From: a virus
Lineage: Duplodnaviria > Caudoviricetes
Length of the DNA: 39,994 bases
Strand: one strand, 5' to 3'
Virus record (IMG/VR): IMGVR_UViG_3300020120_000085
Location: 1-39,994 of that record
Position 1 is the stretch's first letter. Every line of letters begins with the position of its first letter. A program made the position numbers and the translations under genes. Positions 17,020-25,365 of this stretch are shown here, in pieces. Below the pieces are notes generated by a model. That model ran no database searches, was not told where the DNA came from, and was given only the letters and a program-made list of their open reading frames with translations.

Positions 17020-17686
17020 AGACGCCGAACAGCACCAGCTCAGTGGACACGCGGAAGTAGTTCCCCATCCCCATCTGCGGCTTGACCCAGACCAGGTAGG
17101 TCTTGTAAGTGAAGTCCCACGCCTCCATGACCCTGAACGCCTCGGGCAGGTGGCCGGCCGTGGTCCACAGGTACAGGTGCGCCTGGCCGGCCGCGCGCTC
17201 ACGGGCGATGTCCAGCTCGCACAGCTCATCGATCGTCATCGTCTGGTAGTGATCTTCGGCCGCGCCGCGCGTCGAGGTGTTGCCGTACCGCCAGGGCGGG
17301 TCGGCCACGATGGTGGCGTACTGGCCTTCGGGGACCACGGGCACGGCGGTGACCGGGGAGTCATCGGCAGGCCCGGCCAGCGCGACGTTCACGACCTGAT
17401 ACCAGGAGCCGAACTGTGTCATGGCATGACACAGTTCGGCCTCAGTCGGGAAGCGCTCGGCGAACCGCACGCGCCGCTGCATCTCGACCCGCTGGCAGCC
17501 GGTCAGCTCGGCAACCTGCTTGAGCAGGCCGTTCGGCAGCCTGCCCTTGCCGTCGCGCCTGGCCAGCAGCTCGCGGCCGAATTCCCACCGCGCCCGCAGG
17601 CCCGACCCCTCCGCGTCACTCACCCGCGCCTCGATTCGCACCAGGCGCTCGATGCCGAGGTCGGTGACTTCGGCTGCTTCCGTCAA
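17018..17686 (-). pseudogene. MT-A70-family N6-adenine methyltransferase, C-terminally truncated
   Basis: 'IVADPPW', 'HYQTM', 'LYLWTT', 'WVKPQMGMGNYFRVSTELVLFGV*'; lacks downstream HSxKP and ELFAR motifs. Confidence 0.8.
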
Positions 17687-17721
17687 TTTTCGTCTCCCGC
17701 CTTAGACATGCTGTGAATGCC

Positions 17722-17750
17722 TTGACGGGTTACTCTAACTTGCGTAACGT
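17722..17750 (+). promoter_or_regulatory. Sigma70-type rightward early promoter
   Basis: TTGACG-N17-TAACGT, with GTTAC...GTAAC dyad overlapping. Confidence 0.7.
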
Positions 17751-17791
17751 TCCTTCGCACGGAAACACGACGCAAGGCCCGAGGAGGCCCC

Positions 17792-17977
17792 GTGTACCTA
17801 TCGGCAGCGGAAGCCTGCGAACGCTTGCGGCTGTCGCGGGAGACACTCCGCAAGCTCATTAAGTCGGGGGACCTGAAAGCGCATAAGACCAGCCCAGGGC
17901 GCACCGCGCCCTACCGCATCAGCGAGCAGGCGATTGACGAGTACCTGACGCGGCAGACGGCCGAGGCCGCGCGATGA
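17792..17977 (+). CDS. Excisionase-like HTH_17 DNA-binding protein
   Basis: 'YLSAAEACERLRLSRETLRKLIKSGDLKA...YRISEQAIDEYL'. Confidence 0.85.
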   Translation: MYLSAAEACERLRLSRETLRKLIKSGDLKAHKTSPGRTAPYRISEQAIDEYLTRQTAEAAR

Positions 17978-18159
17978 CGACAGATGAGTGGCTGGCCAGG
18001 GTGCTCGCGGACCGCCCGCCGCTGTCCCCCGCGCAGATCGCCGTCCTGCGCCCGGTCTTCGCGCCTGTGCTCCACCACATGAGGAACGCGGCCCCCGTCA
18101 CCGCAACGGAGGCCGCGCCCGCAATGCCCGCACCGAGAGATCCCGTCAGAAGGAGCTGA
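17974..18159 (+). CDS. Hypothetical protein
   Basis: ATGA overlap; 'PPLSPAQ..L' motif common after xis-like genes. Confidence 0.6.
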   Translation: MTTDEWLARVLADRPPLSPAQIAVLRPVFAPVLHHMRNAAPVTATEAAPAMPAPRDPVRRS

Positions 18160-18161
18160 CA

Positions 18162-18356
18162 ATGAACAACGATAACAGGCTCGAACCTGAGCCGCTGATG
18201 ACCGCCGCAGAGGTCGCCGCCGCCTTCCGCGTCGACGAGAAGACCGCCATCAAGTGGGCGAGAGAGGGGAAGATCGATGCCTTCAAGACCCCCGGCGGCG
18301 GCTGGCGCTTCCCCGAGACCGTGGTCCGCGCGGCACTGAACGGCGGCCGGCCGTGA
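18162..18356 (+). CDS. BldC-like MerR/HTH_17 DNA-binding protein
   Basis: 'LMTAAEVAAAFRVDEKTAIKWAREGKIDAFKTPGGGWRF' parallels the BldC pattern; AAGGAG RBS. Confidence 0.8.
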   Translation: MNNDNRLEPEPLMTAAEVAAAFRVDEKTAIKWAREGKIDAFKTPGGGWRFPETVVRAALNGGRP

Positions 18357-18604
18357 CGCCCGCCGCCGGCCCGGCCGCGCGGATCGGCATCGGCCGCCAT
18401 GGGGGCGGCGACCTGTACTGGTCGCCCCAGTGCGGGAAAGTCCCCGTCATCGGCACCGCCGCCGTCATCCTCGGGTGGACCGTCGACGGCTTCCCCGTCA
18501 CCCTGGTCACCGCGTCGCTGGAATGGCTCGACGACCTGGAGGCCGCGGTCCGGAACGCGCGGGCCCAGGGCATCGTCGAGGCCGGGATGGCGGTGCGGAC
18601 GTGA
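18353..18604 (+). CDS. Hypothetical protein
   Basis: GTGA overlaps both sides. Confidence 0.6.
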   Translation: MTPAAGPAARIGIGRHGGGDLYWSPQCGKVPVIGTAAVILGWTVDGFPVTLVTASLEWLDDLEAAVRNARAQGIVEAGMAVRT

Positions 18605-19194
18605 ACGGCAACCCGTACACGGTGCCCGCCATCGTCCTGTGCGCGGCCATGCTCATCACCACCATCGCCGGGCTGTACTGGGTCAGCACGCGCCGGGACC
18701 GCCAGCCGCCCTACCGGCCCGGGCACACGCACCGGGCCGTCCGCGCCCGCCTCCGCGCAGAGAGCGGAGCCCCGCGCGACGTCACCGGTCCGGAGGGCCG
18801 CCGGTTCATCGAGGAGCTGCACCAGGACCTCGGCAAGCCGCCGCCGGACTGGCGGGACGAGAAGCCGGGCGGGATCGTCCAGTTCACCGGGACGGTCGAC
18901 GCCGCCACGCTGGCCAGGGTCCGCGACGTGCTGGCCGGGCTGCCGCCGCCGCCGGACTGGTGGGACGAGGATGCTCCGGCGGGCCGCATCGAGATCCTCA
19001 CCGGGCCGGGCGCGGCGATCCGCCAGACCTCGGAGGTCACTCTCGGCGTGCTGGCCAGAGTGCGCGACCGGCTGGCCGGGCTGGGCCGCGAGCCGGAGCC
19101 CGATGACACCGCGCACGACCTGCACGCCGTGGCCACGTGGGGCAAGACCGCGCCCGAGCTGGCCGACGAGCTGGCCGCGAGGTACCTGATATGA
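18601..19194 (+). CDS. Membrane-anchored hypothetical protein
   Basis: N-terminal TM; internal repeated PPPDW motif. Confidence 0.6.
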   Translation: MNGNPYTVPAIVLCAAMLITTIAGLYWVSTRRDRQPPYRPGHTHRAVRARLRAESGAPRDVTGPEGRRFIEELHQDLGKPPPDWRDEKPGGIVQFTGTVDAATLARVRDVLAGLPPPPDWWDEDAPAGRIEILTGPGAAIRQTSEVTLGVLARVRDRLAGLGREPEPDDTAHDLHAVATWGKTAPELADELAARYLI

Positions 19195-19379
19195 CCGGGC
19201 CGGAGCACTACCAGAAGGCCGAAGAGCTCCTCGCGCACGAATGCGGCGTGGACTGCTTCGCGGGACACCGGGCGTGCGCGCGGCAGGACGCCATGGTGCA
19301 CGCCATGCTCGGCCTAGCCGCCGCGACGGCCGACCCGTGGGGCGACGACGACAACGCCTGGCGCGAGGTGACCCGGTGA
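19191..19379 (+). CDS. Hypothetical protein
   Basis: 'MTGPEHY..AE.LL...VHA.L.LAAATA' recurrent small actinophage protein. Confidence 0.7.
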   Translation: MTGPEHYQKAEELLAHECGVDCFAGHRACARQDAMVHAMLGLAAATADPWGDDDNAWREVTR

Positions 19380-19657
19380 GCCCGCTGCTGGCCGCCGCCC
19401 TGGCCGTCTGGGCCGCCATGGGCGCCGTCGCGATAGCCGTGACCATCGGCGCGGGAGCGATGCGGCGGGTGCGCGGCGCCGCCGATCTTGAGGCGCTCGT
19501 CGACGCGACGCGGGAGTGCGCGCAGTGCACCCGGTTTCTCGGCCCGTGCACGTGCGCGAAGTACTGCGGGGACATCTGCTGCCTCGCCGAGATGGAAGTC
19601 CTCCGCATGCCGTCACCGCCGCGATTCACCGGCCGGGATTCAAGGGAGCTGTCATGA
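19376..19657 (+). CDS. TM-anchored Cys-rich hypothetical protein
   Basis: N-terminal TM, CxxC...CxC...C..CC; overlaps both neighbours. Confidence 0.55.
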   Translation: MSPLLAAALAVWAAMGAVAIAVTIGAGAMRRVRGAADLEALVDATRECAQCTRFLGPCTCAKYCGDICCLAEMEVLRMPSPPRFTGRDSRELS

Positions 19658-20751
19658 CCGCAACCGAGATGGAGCCCTACGCGGGCGGGCAGATCGACGG
19701 ATACCGGGCCGGGATGGTCATGGCCCCGGAGGACGCCAAGGCCCTGGACGATAAGCTCCGCGCCTGCATGACCGCCGTGCTCCGCGAGGGCACCGACTAC
19801 GGCGTCATTCCCGGCACCGGCGGCGAGAAAGCCCTGCTCAAACCCGGCGCGGAAAAGCTGCTCCAGTGGTTCGGGCTCGGCTTCAGCAACGACCGCCAGG
19901 AAGTCGAGCGCGATGAGGACGGCCGCAAAGAGGGAGTTAACTACCGGTGCACCATCACCAGGGCGCTCCCCGACGGCCGGGTTATCCCCGTCGCGACCTG
20001 CGACTCGTACGCCGGATATGACGAGGACAAGTTCTACAAGACCGCCGAGCAGGTACAGCGCAAGGCCGAGGAGAATGAACGGTTCTTCGCGCAGAAGGAC
20101 AGGCGGCCGCCCAGGCCGACCAGGTGGCAGGGCCTGCCCGAATACCGGGCGCCATGGCACAACCTGCTGATGATGGCGCAGAAGCGCGCCATCGTCGGCG
20201 CCGCGAAGTACGCTACCGCCGCGTCCGGGCTGTTCGGCGATGACCCCGACGACACGGCCGCGCAGGACCCTGGCGAGCGGCCCGCCGCCCGGCAGCAGCC
20301 GCCGGCGGATGATGACGGCTGGCCGGACGGGGCGACTGCCCAGCCCGGCAATGACGGGCGGCCGTGGTATGACGACGCGATCAAGGAGGCCGCCGCGTTC
20401 ACGACCGAGGCGGCCGGGCAGAAACTCTTCCGGGAGGCCGCCGACGCGGCACGCGACGGGCTCTGCACGCCCGGCCAGGCCGGCCACGTGCAGAATGCCG
20501 TCACCGCCCGCATCAAGGCCCGGCGCAAGCTCGCCGCCGCCAGGATCCTGGAACCCCTCGCCGAAGACGACCCGTGGCGCGACAAGATCCTCGGCGGCCT
20601 CGACAGCGACGAGGAAGCCCGCGCCGCGCTCGCCGAGGTGCAGCAGCTGCTCGGCGCCGGACAGGTGGACGACAGCCGCGCGCAGCTGCTCGGCCGCGCC
20701 ATCATCGCCCGCTTCCCGAAGGCCGCCATAGCGGGCGAGAGCGATGGGTGA
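19654..20751 (+). CDS. Conserved phage early protein, possible single-strand annealing recombinase
   Basis: 'DYGVIPGT...LLKPGAEKL...FGL', 'MMAQKRAIVGA...SGLF..D'; function inferred from position and motif. Confidence 0.55.
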   Translation: MTATEMEPYAGGQIDGYRAGMVMAPEDAKALDDKLRACMTAVLREGTDYGVIPGTGGEKALLKPGAEKLLQWFGLGFSNDRQEVERDEDGRKEGVNYRCTITRALPDGRVIPVATCDSYAGYDEDKFYKTAEQVQRKAEENERFFAQKDRRPPRPTRWQGLPEYRAPWHNLLMMAQKRAIVGAAKYATAASGLFGDDPDDTAAQDPGERPAARQQPPADDDGWPDGATAQPGNDGRPWYDDAIKEAAAFTTEAAGQKLFREAADAARDGLCTPGQAGHVQNAVTARIKARRKLAAARILEPLAEDDPWRDKILGGLDSDEEARAALAEVQQLLGAGQVDDSRAQLLGRAIIARFPKAAIAGESDG

Positions 20752-21064
20752 CCCGCACGTCCGCGTCGTCGGCCGCCTGGCGGACGAGCAGGGCCGCGAG
20801 GTGATCGTCGGCGTCGACTATGACACGGTCACCCTGCGGACCCTGCACACGCGCACTGACGGCGCCGTGACGCTCGCCTCGCACCAGGCCGAGGAGTTCG
20901 CGCAGATGTACGTCGCCGCCTGCTGGGAAGCCGCCGCACAGCGCAGTGACGACATGACGGACGCCCAGCGCGCCGAGCTGGCCGCGGCGGCGGAAGAGAT
21001 GTGCCTGGCCGACCGCGGCGGGCCCGCGCACGACCAGGCATGCAGGGCGGTGCCCGGTGGATGA
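20744..21064 (+). CDS. Hypothetical protein
   Basis: Overlapping operon arrangement, GC3 bias. Confidence 0.6.
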   Translation: MGDPHVRVVGRLADEQGREVIVGVDYDTVTLRTLHTRTDGAVTLASHQAEEFAQMYVAACWEAAAQRSDDMTDAQRAELAAAAEEMCLADRGGPAHDQACRAVPGG

Positions 21065-21470
21065 CACCCACGAGTGCCCGCGCGACGGCTGCACCCGCCG
21101 CGTCCCGCCCGGCATGCTCATGTGCCGCGCGGACTGGCTGCGCGTCCCGGTGCCGTTCCGCAAAGCGCTCTACGCGGCGTGGGACAGCGGCCGGGGCGCG
21201 GGCACTCCGGCCCACCGGGCGGCAATGCTGGCCGCGATCCAGGCCGTCAACGAGGCACTGGCCGCACCGTCGCCGCCCAAGCCGACGTTCGCCGAGTTCG
21301 TGCGCGGCCTGCTCGGCGACTGCATCGACCATGAGCAAGAACAGCACGGCAGGTGCGTCTGGTGCAAGCCATGCGGCCGACGCCTCTACCAGGGCACCAA
21401 GATGACCGCCAGCGAGCGCGCCGAGCTGAAGGAAGCGCTCGCCGGGCCCGGACAAGCAGAAAGGAAATAA
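21057..21470 (+). CDS. Zn-finger-like hypothetical protein
   Basis: 'HECPRDGC...LMCRADW' and second C/H cluster. Confidence 0.65.
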   Translation: MDDTHECPRDGCTRRVPPGMLMCRADWLRVPVPFRKALYAAWDSGRGAGTPAHRAAMLAAIQAVNEALAAPSPPKPTFAEFVRGLLGDCIDHEQEQHGRCVWCKPCGRRLYQGTKMTASERAELKEALAGPGQAERK

Positions 21471-21474
21471 CCGC

Positions 21475-21867
21475 ATGGCCAGGGAAGGCCGCACCGTCGA
21501 CCGCGATACCGGCGAGGTGACCCAGGGCACCGTCCGCCCGTTCGCCGACGTCCTGCGCGACCTCGGGAAAGGACAGGTCGCCGACGAGGCCGCCGTCCTG
21601 CTCACCGACCTCGTCCAGGCCGTCGTCACCTACGGCAAGAAAGGGCACTTCACCCTCACGATCACCGTCGCCCCCTTCAAGGGCTCCACAGACCAGGTGT
21701 CCGTGTCCGCGATCGCCAAATCCAGCCCGCCAGCCGCCGACCCCGTCGCCGCCCCGTTCTTCGTCGGCGACGGCGGCAACCTCACCCGCAACGACCCCCG
21801 CCAGGACGCCATGTTCGAGCTCCGCGAAGTCGCCAAGCCAGATGCAGACCTGAGAGACGTGAGATGA
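21475..21867 (+). CDS. YfdP-like partner of DUF2303 protein
   Basis: 'LVQAV...GKKG.FTLTI.V.P...FF..DGGNLTRNDPRQ' precedes the DUF2303 gene. Confidence 0.65.
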   Translation: MAREGRTVDRDTGEVTQGTVRPFADVLRDLGKGQVADEAAVLLTDLVQAVVTYGKKGHFTLTITVAPFKGSTDQVSVSAIAKSSPPAADPVAAPFFVGDGGNLTRNDPRQDAMFELREVAKPDADLRDVR

Positions 21868-22706
21868 CCGAGCACACCGAAGTCCAGGCCATCATCGAGA
21901 CGGCCAGGCTGTCCACTGAGCCGCATCCGGTCGAGGCGGGCGGCCTGTACGTCGTGCCGACCGCGCACGGCCACACCGTGGTCGACCTCACCGGCGACCG
22001 GTACCGCGAGTATCCGCAACGCAAGCGCGGCACCGTCACCGTCAGCGACGTGGCCAGCTTCGCGCACTACTACAGCCGCCACGCCGACGGCGACACCGAG
22101 GTGTTCGCCGACATCAAGGCGACCGCCGTCACCGCCGTGCTCGACGCGCACCGCCGCCGCGACCCGGACGGCGACGGCGAGCTGTGCGAGGCGCGCTGGC
22201 AGGAACACCGCCTGGTCCTGCAGCTCGAGGTCACCCCCGAGTGGGCCGCCTGGACGCGGCAGGACCGCCAGCAGATGCCCCAGGGCACCTTCGCCGAGTT
22301 CATCGAGGACCACGTCGGCGACATCGCCGCCGACGGTCCCTGCACGGGCGCTGACCTCCTGGAGATGGCCCAGCAGTTCCAGGCGCACACCAAGGTCGAG
22401 TTCAAGTCCGGCGCGCGGCTCGCGGACGGCCAGACGCAGCTCACCTACATCGAGACGGTGGAGGCCAGCGGCGGCCAGCGCGGCACCGTCACCATCCCCG
22501 GCGCATTCGAGCTCGGCATCCGCGTGTTCGGCGACCTCGAACCCTACCGCGTCAAGGCCCGGTTCCGGTACCGCATGAACGACGGGAAGCTCACCCTCGG
22601 CTACCACCTCGACGACCCCGAGCGCAAGGTACGCGACGCCGTCGGGCTCGTCGTCGCCAAGGCGGAAGAGGCCTGCAAGGTCAAGATCATGCTGGGGCGG
22701 CCGTGA
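21864..22706 (+). CDS. DUF2303 / YfdQ-family protein
   Basis: 'TAVLDAH...W..HR..L...TPEW..W...MPQ..FAEFIED', 'IP..F.L.I.VF', 'ARFRYR...GKL.LGY.L'. Confidence 0.85.
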   Translation: MTEHTEVQAIIETARLSTEPHPVEAGGLYVVPTAHGHTVVDLTGDRYREYPQRKRGTVTVSDVASFAHYYSRHADGDTEVFADIKATAVTAVLDAHRRRDPDGDGELCEARWQEHRLVLQLEVTPEWAAWTRQDRQQMPQGTFAEFIEDHVGDIAADGPCTGADLLEMAQQFQAHTKVEFKSGARLADGQTQLTYIETVEASGGQRGTVTIPGAFELGIRVFGDLEPYRVKARFRYRMNDGKLTLGYHLDDPERKVRDAVGLVVAKAEEACKVKIMLGRP

Positions 22707-22939
22707 CCGCCATCGCCGCAGACGGACGCCATCCGTCCACCCGGCAGATCGCCCGGTGGTTCGACTGGGAGGATCTGCGCCTCGGAAAGCCCAGGGACGT
22801 CTCCATGTCATGCGGGCAGCTCGCCCAGGACATGGTTGACGAGCTGCCGGACAGCCCTGAGCTCACCGCAGGCCTGCGTCACCTGCTCGAAGCCAAGGAC
22901 TGCTTCGTGCGCGCCGCGATCGCCGCCCAGGAGACCTGA
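22703..22939 (+). CDS. Small helical-hairpin phage protein
   Basis: 'LPDSPELTAGLRHLLEAKDCFVRAA' conserved phage motif. Confidence 0.7.
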   Translation: MTAIAADGRHPSTRQIARWFDWEDLRLGKPRDVSMSCGQLAQDMVDELPDSPELTAGLRHLLEAKDCFVRAAIAAQET

Positions 22940-22977
22940 CCCCGCAGACGCCTCCGGAGCCCCCGCCGGAGGTGATA

Positions 22978-23023
22978 GGGCTGCGCGGCCCGTTTCCACC
23001 CCCCCGGGCGGGCCGCGCAGCCC
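22978..23023. terminator. 15-bp stem-loop upstream of replication gene
   Basis: GGGCTGCGCGGCCCG / CGGGCCGCGCAGCCC. Confidence 0.5.
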
Positions 23024-23062
23024 GCAGTCCTATCCGCCTGCGAAGGAGACAGGATCACTTGA

Positions 23063-23455
23063 GTGGCACGCCCCAACTGGGAGTACATCCGCGTCGACGT
23101 GCTGCTGCCCGAGCATCCCAAGGTCGAGGGACTGTCCGACAAGGCATTCCGCGCCCTGGTGACGCTCTGGTGCTACTGCGGGCGCCAGCGCACCGACGGC
23201 GCCGTCACCCGCAGGCAATGGGAAGCGTGGCCGGTTAAGGTGCGCGCCGAGCTCGTAGCTGCCGGGCTGGCGCGCCCGCTCGGCACCGGCGACGGCGCCG
23301 CCATGCATGACTTCCTCGAGCACCAGCGCTCGCGCGAGGAGATCGACGAGCTGTCCGCCAGGCGCAGCGACGCGGGACGGAAGGCAGCCGAGGCCAGATG
23401 GGGACGGAGGGATACCAAAACGCATGACTTACCGCATACCAAAACGCATGCGTGA
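23063..23455 (+). CDS. Phage replication initiator-like protein (N-terminal domain; short or truncated)
   Basis: 'EHPKV..LSD.AFR...LWCYC....TDG', 'MHDFLEHQRS..EI', 'AGRKAA.ARW' followed by iteron-like repeats. Confidence 0.7.
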   Translation: MARPNWEYIRVDVLLPEHPKVEGLSDKAFRALVTLWCYCGRQRTDGAVTRRQWEAWPVKVRAELVAAGLARPLGTGDGAAMHDFLEHQRSREEIDELSARRSDAGRKAAEARWGRRDTKTHDLPHTKTHA

Positions 23456-23490
23456 CGCATGCCGGTCGCACATGCGATTTCCATGCCTAG
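23412..23490 (+). repeat. Iteron-like array, candidate replication origin
   Basis: ATACCAAAACGCATG at 23412 and 23436; CGCAT/CAT core every 11-13 bp. Confidence 0.6.
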
Positions 23491-23604
23491 GCAGAGGCAG
23501 AGGCAGATACAACCCCGTGCCTGACGGCACGACGGTTGCAAGCAACTGCCTGTGAGCTGGATTGATAAATGTCCTGATCTGACGGTAACTGCAGTGGAGG
23601 TGAA

Positions 23605-23952
23605 ATGCGCAAAGCCGAGATGAAATGTCACGGCTGCGGCTACGAAGGCCACTTCGAAAGCGAATGCCCGAACGCCGGAATTGACGCCAGCGGAAAGCCT
23701 CCGTGGTGCGGGATATGCGACGAGCGGACGCGGCTCATCCAGACCGGCAAGGGTCCTGCCCGCTGCCAGGAATGCCACCCGAACAGGCATAAGCAATTGC
23801 CGCAGCACCGGAAATGCCCGCGCTGCCACGTCACCGTCTACGAATGGGACAACGCGGAATGCGACGGCCACGCCGGGCCGGAAACACCCGACAGGCGGCC
23901 CGGACGGGAAACCATCGAACGGCTCGTCGGAGCCGAAAAGGAGAATGCGTGA
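23605..23952 (+). CDS. Zinc-knuckle / multi-CxxC protein
   Basis: CHGCGYEGHFESEC (CCHC) plus three further CxxC; GGAGG RBS. Confidence 0.75.
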   Translation: MRKAEMKCHGCGYEGHFESECPNAGIDASGKPPWCGICDERTRLIQTGKGPARCQECHPNRHKQLPQHRKCPRCHVTVYEWDNAECDGHAGPETPDRRPGRETIERLVGAEKENA

Positions 23953-24260
23953 TGAGCGCCAGCAACTGGGACATCTGCCCTCGGTGCGTCCATCGCGCCG
24001 CGCAGGCCGCAGACCGCGAGGCGGACGCGCTCCGCGCCAGGTACGGGCATGTACCTCTCGACGAATTCGAGGCTGCCCGCGCCGCTATCCAGCCGGCCAG
24101 CCGCGAGAATTACCGGACGCTGCGCGAAGACTACGAAATCTACGGCGCCAGCACCGGAACGGTAACCGTGTCGTATGGCGCCAGCTGTGAGACTTGCGGC
24201 CTCGCGCTTGAATTCACCGACAAGCACCCGTTCAGCGGGCTCGAAAGGGAGAATGCGTGA
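23952..24260 (+). CDS. Hypothetical protein flanked by 16-bp direct repeats
   Basis: TGATG coupling; CPRC and CETC pairs. Confidence 0.7.
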   Translation: MSASNWDICPRCVHRAAQAADREADALRARYGHVPLDEFEAARAAIQPASRENYRTLREDYEIYGASTGTVTVSYGASCETCGLALEFTDKHPFSGLERENA

Positions 24261-24604
24261 TGACGGAAAGCACGGACAAATACGAGGGATGGGCAATCCT
24301 CGAGCTCATGGGATGCCGCAGATTGATCGGCTACCTCACGGAGCAGGAAATAGCCGGGCGCGCATTCCTGCGGATCGACGTGCTCACAGAGCCGCCGGCG
24401 ACGCAGTTCTACGGAGCTGAGGCCGTCTACTGCATCACGCCGGCGACCGAGGAAACGGCGCGCGCGGCGGCGAAACTCAACCGCGTCGCGCCTGTCCAGC
24501 GCTGGGAACTGCCCGCACCGCCGCAGCTGATCGTCAAGCCGGGCGACGACGAGGCCGACCTCGCCGGCGACGACCAGGCCGATGAGTACGCGCACCCGTT
24601 CTAG
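24260..24604 (+). CDS. Conserved phage hypothetical protein
   Basis: 'WAILELMG.R..G...EQ.IAG..FLRIDV...TQFYG..AVYCITP.TEE'. Confidence 0.7.
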   Translation: MTESTDKYEGWAILELMGCRRLIGYLTEQEIAGRAFLRIDVLTEPPATQFYGAEAVYCITPATEETARAAAKLNRVAPVQRWELPAPPQLIVKPGDDEADLAGDDQADEYAHPF

Positions 24605-24607
24605 CCC

Positions 24608-24961
24608 GTGCCGAAGCGGTTCTGCATCTGCCGCGGATGCCCGGGCTGCGCCCCGGCTGGATGCGGTCGCCTGTTCGACCGCGACGCCACCGGGACGCAG
24701 CGCTGCCCCCGATGCCAGCCCGCCGCCACCGCCGCACGCCAGGCCCGCGGCAACACCGCGAGCAGAGGCTACGGCGCCGCCCACCAGCGGCTCCGGCGGC
24801 AGCTCGCGGACGCCTTCGTGGCAGGCCAGCCGTGCGTACGGTGCGGCAAGCCAATCGCTCACGTGGACGATGCGCAGCTCGGGCACGACGACCACGACCG
24901 CAGCCAGTACCGCGGGCTTGAGCATGTCCGCTGCAACGAGGCCACGTCAGGGCGGCGGTTA
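24608..24961 (+). CDS. HNH-like endonuclease (packaging associated); frame reads on to 25342 through a TTA codon
   Basis: 'RGYGAAHQRLR', 'CVRCGKPI', 'LGH', 'LEHVRCN'; position upstream of terminase. Confidence 0.8.
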
Positions 24962-24963
24962 GC

Positions 24964-25365
24964 GTGCTCACCGTCATCACCGGCCCGCCCTGCGCGGGCA
25001 AAAGCACCTACCTGCGGCAGCATGCCGTCCCGGGCAGCGTCGTCATCGACTTCGACGACCTGGCGCAGGCGCTCGGCTCGCCTGTCACCCACGGCCACGA
25101 CAGCTCCCACCACTGGGTCACCGTCGCCGCCCGCGGCGCGGCCATCACCGCGGCCATCGCTGCGCATCGCCGCGGCACGCCTGTCTGGATCACCGACACA
25201 TCGCCGCCGCCCGCCAGGCTCAGGCAGTACCAGGCAGCAGGCGCGGAGCTCGTCCGGCTCACCGCCCCGGCCGCGGAACTGCACGCCAGGGCCGCAGCGG
25301 GCAGGCCGCCGGAGTGGCACGAGCGCATCGACCGGTGGCTAGCCGAGCATGGTCACGATGCGTAA
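24964..25365 (+). CDS. Small P-loop NTPase (AAA_33-like)
   Basis: 'VITGPPCAGKSTY', 'VIDFDDLAQALG'. Confidence 0.8.
   Translation: MLTVITGPPCAGKSTYLRQHAVPGSVVIDFDDLAQALGSPVTHGHDSSHHWVTVAARGAAITAAIAAHRRGTPVWITDTSPPPARLRQYQAAGAELVRLTAPAAELHARAAAGRPPEWHERIDRWLAEHGHDA

Noticed and set aside
18283-20487. 734-aa minus-strand ORF
   Set aside because: Antisense shadow of a coupled plus-strand operon; typical high-GC artefact with no motifs.
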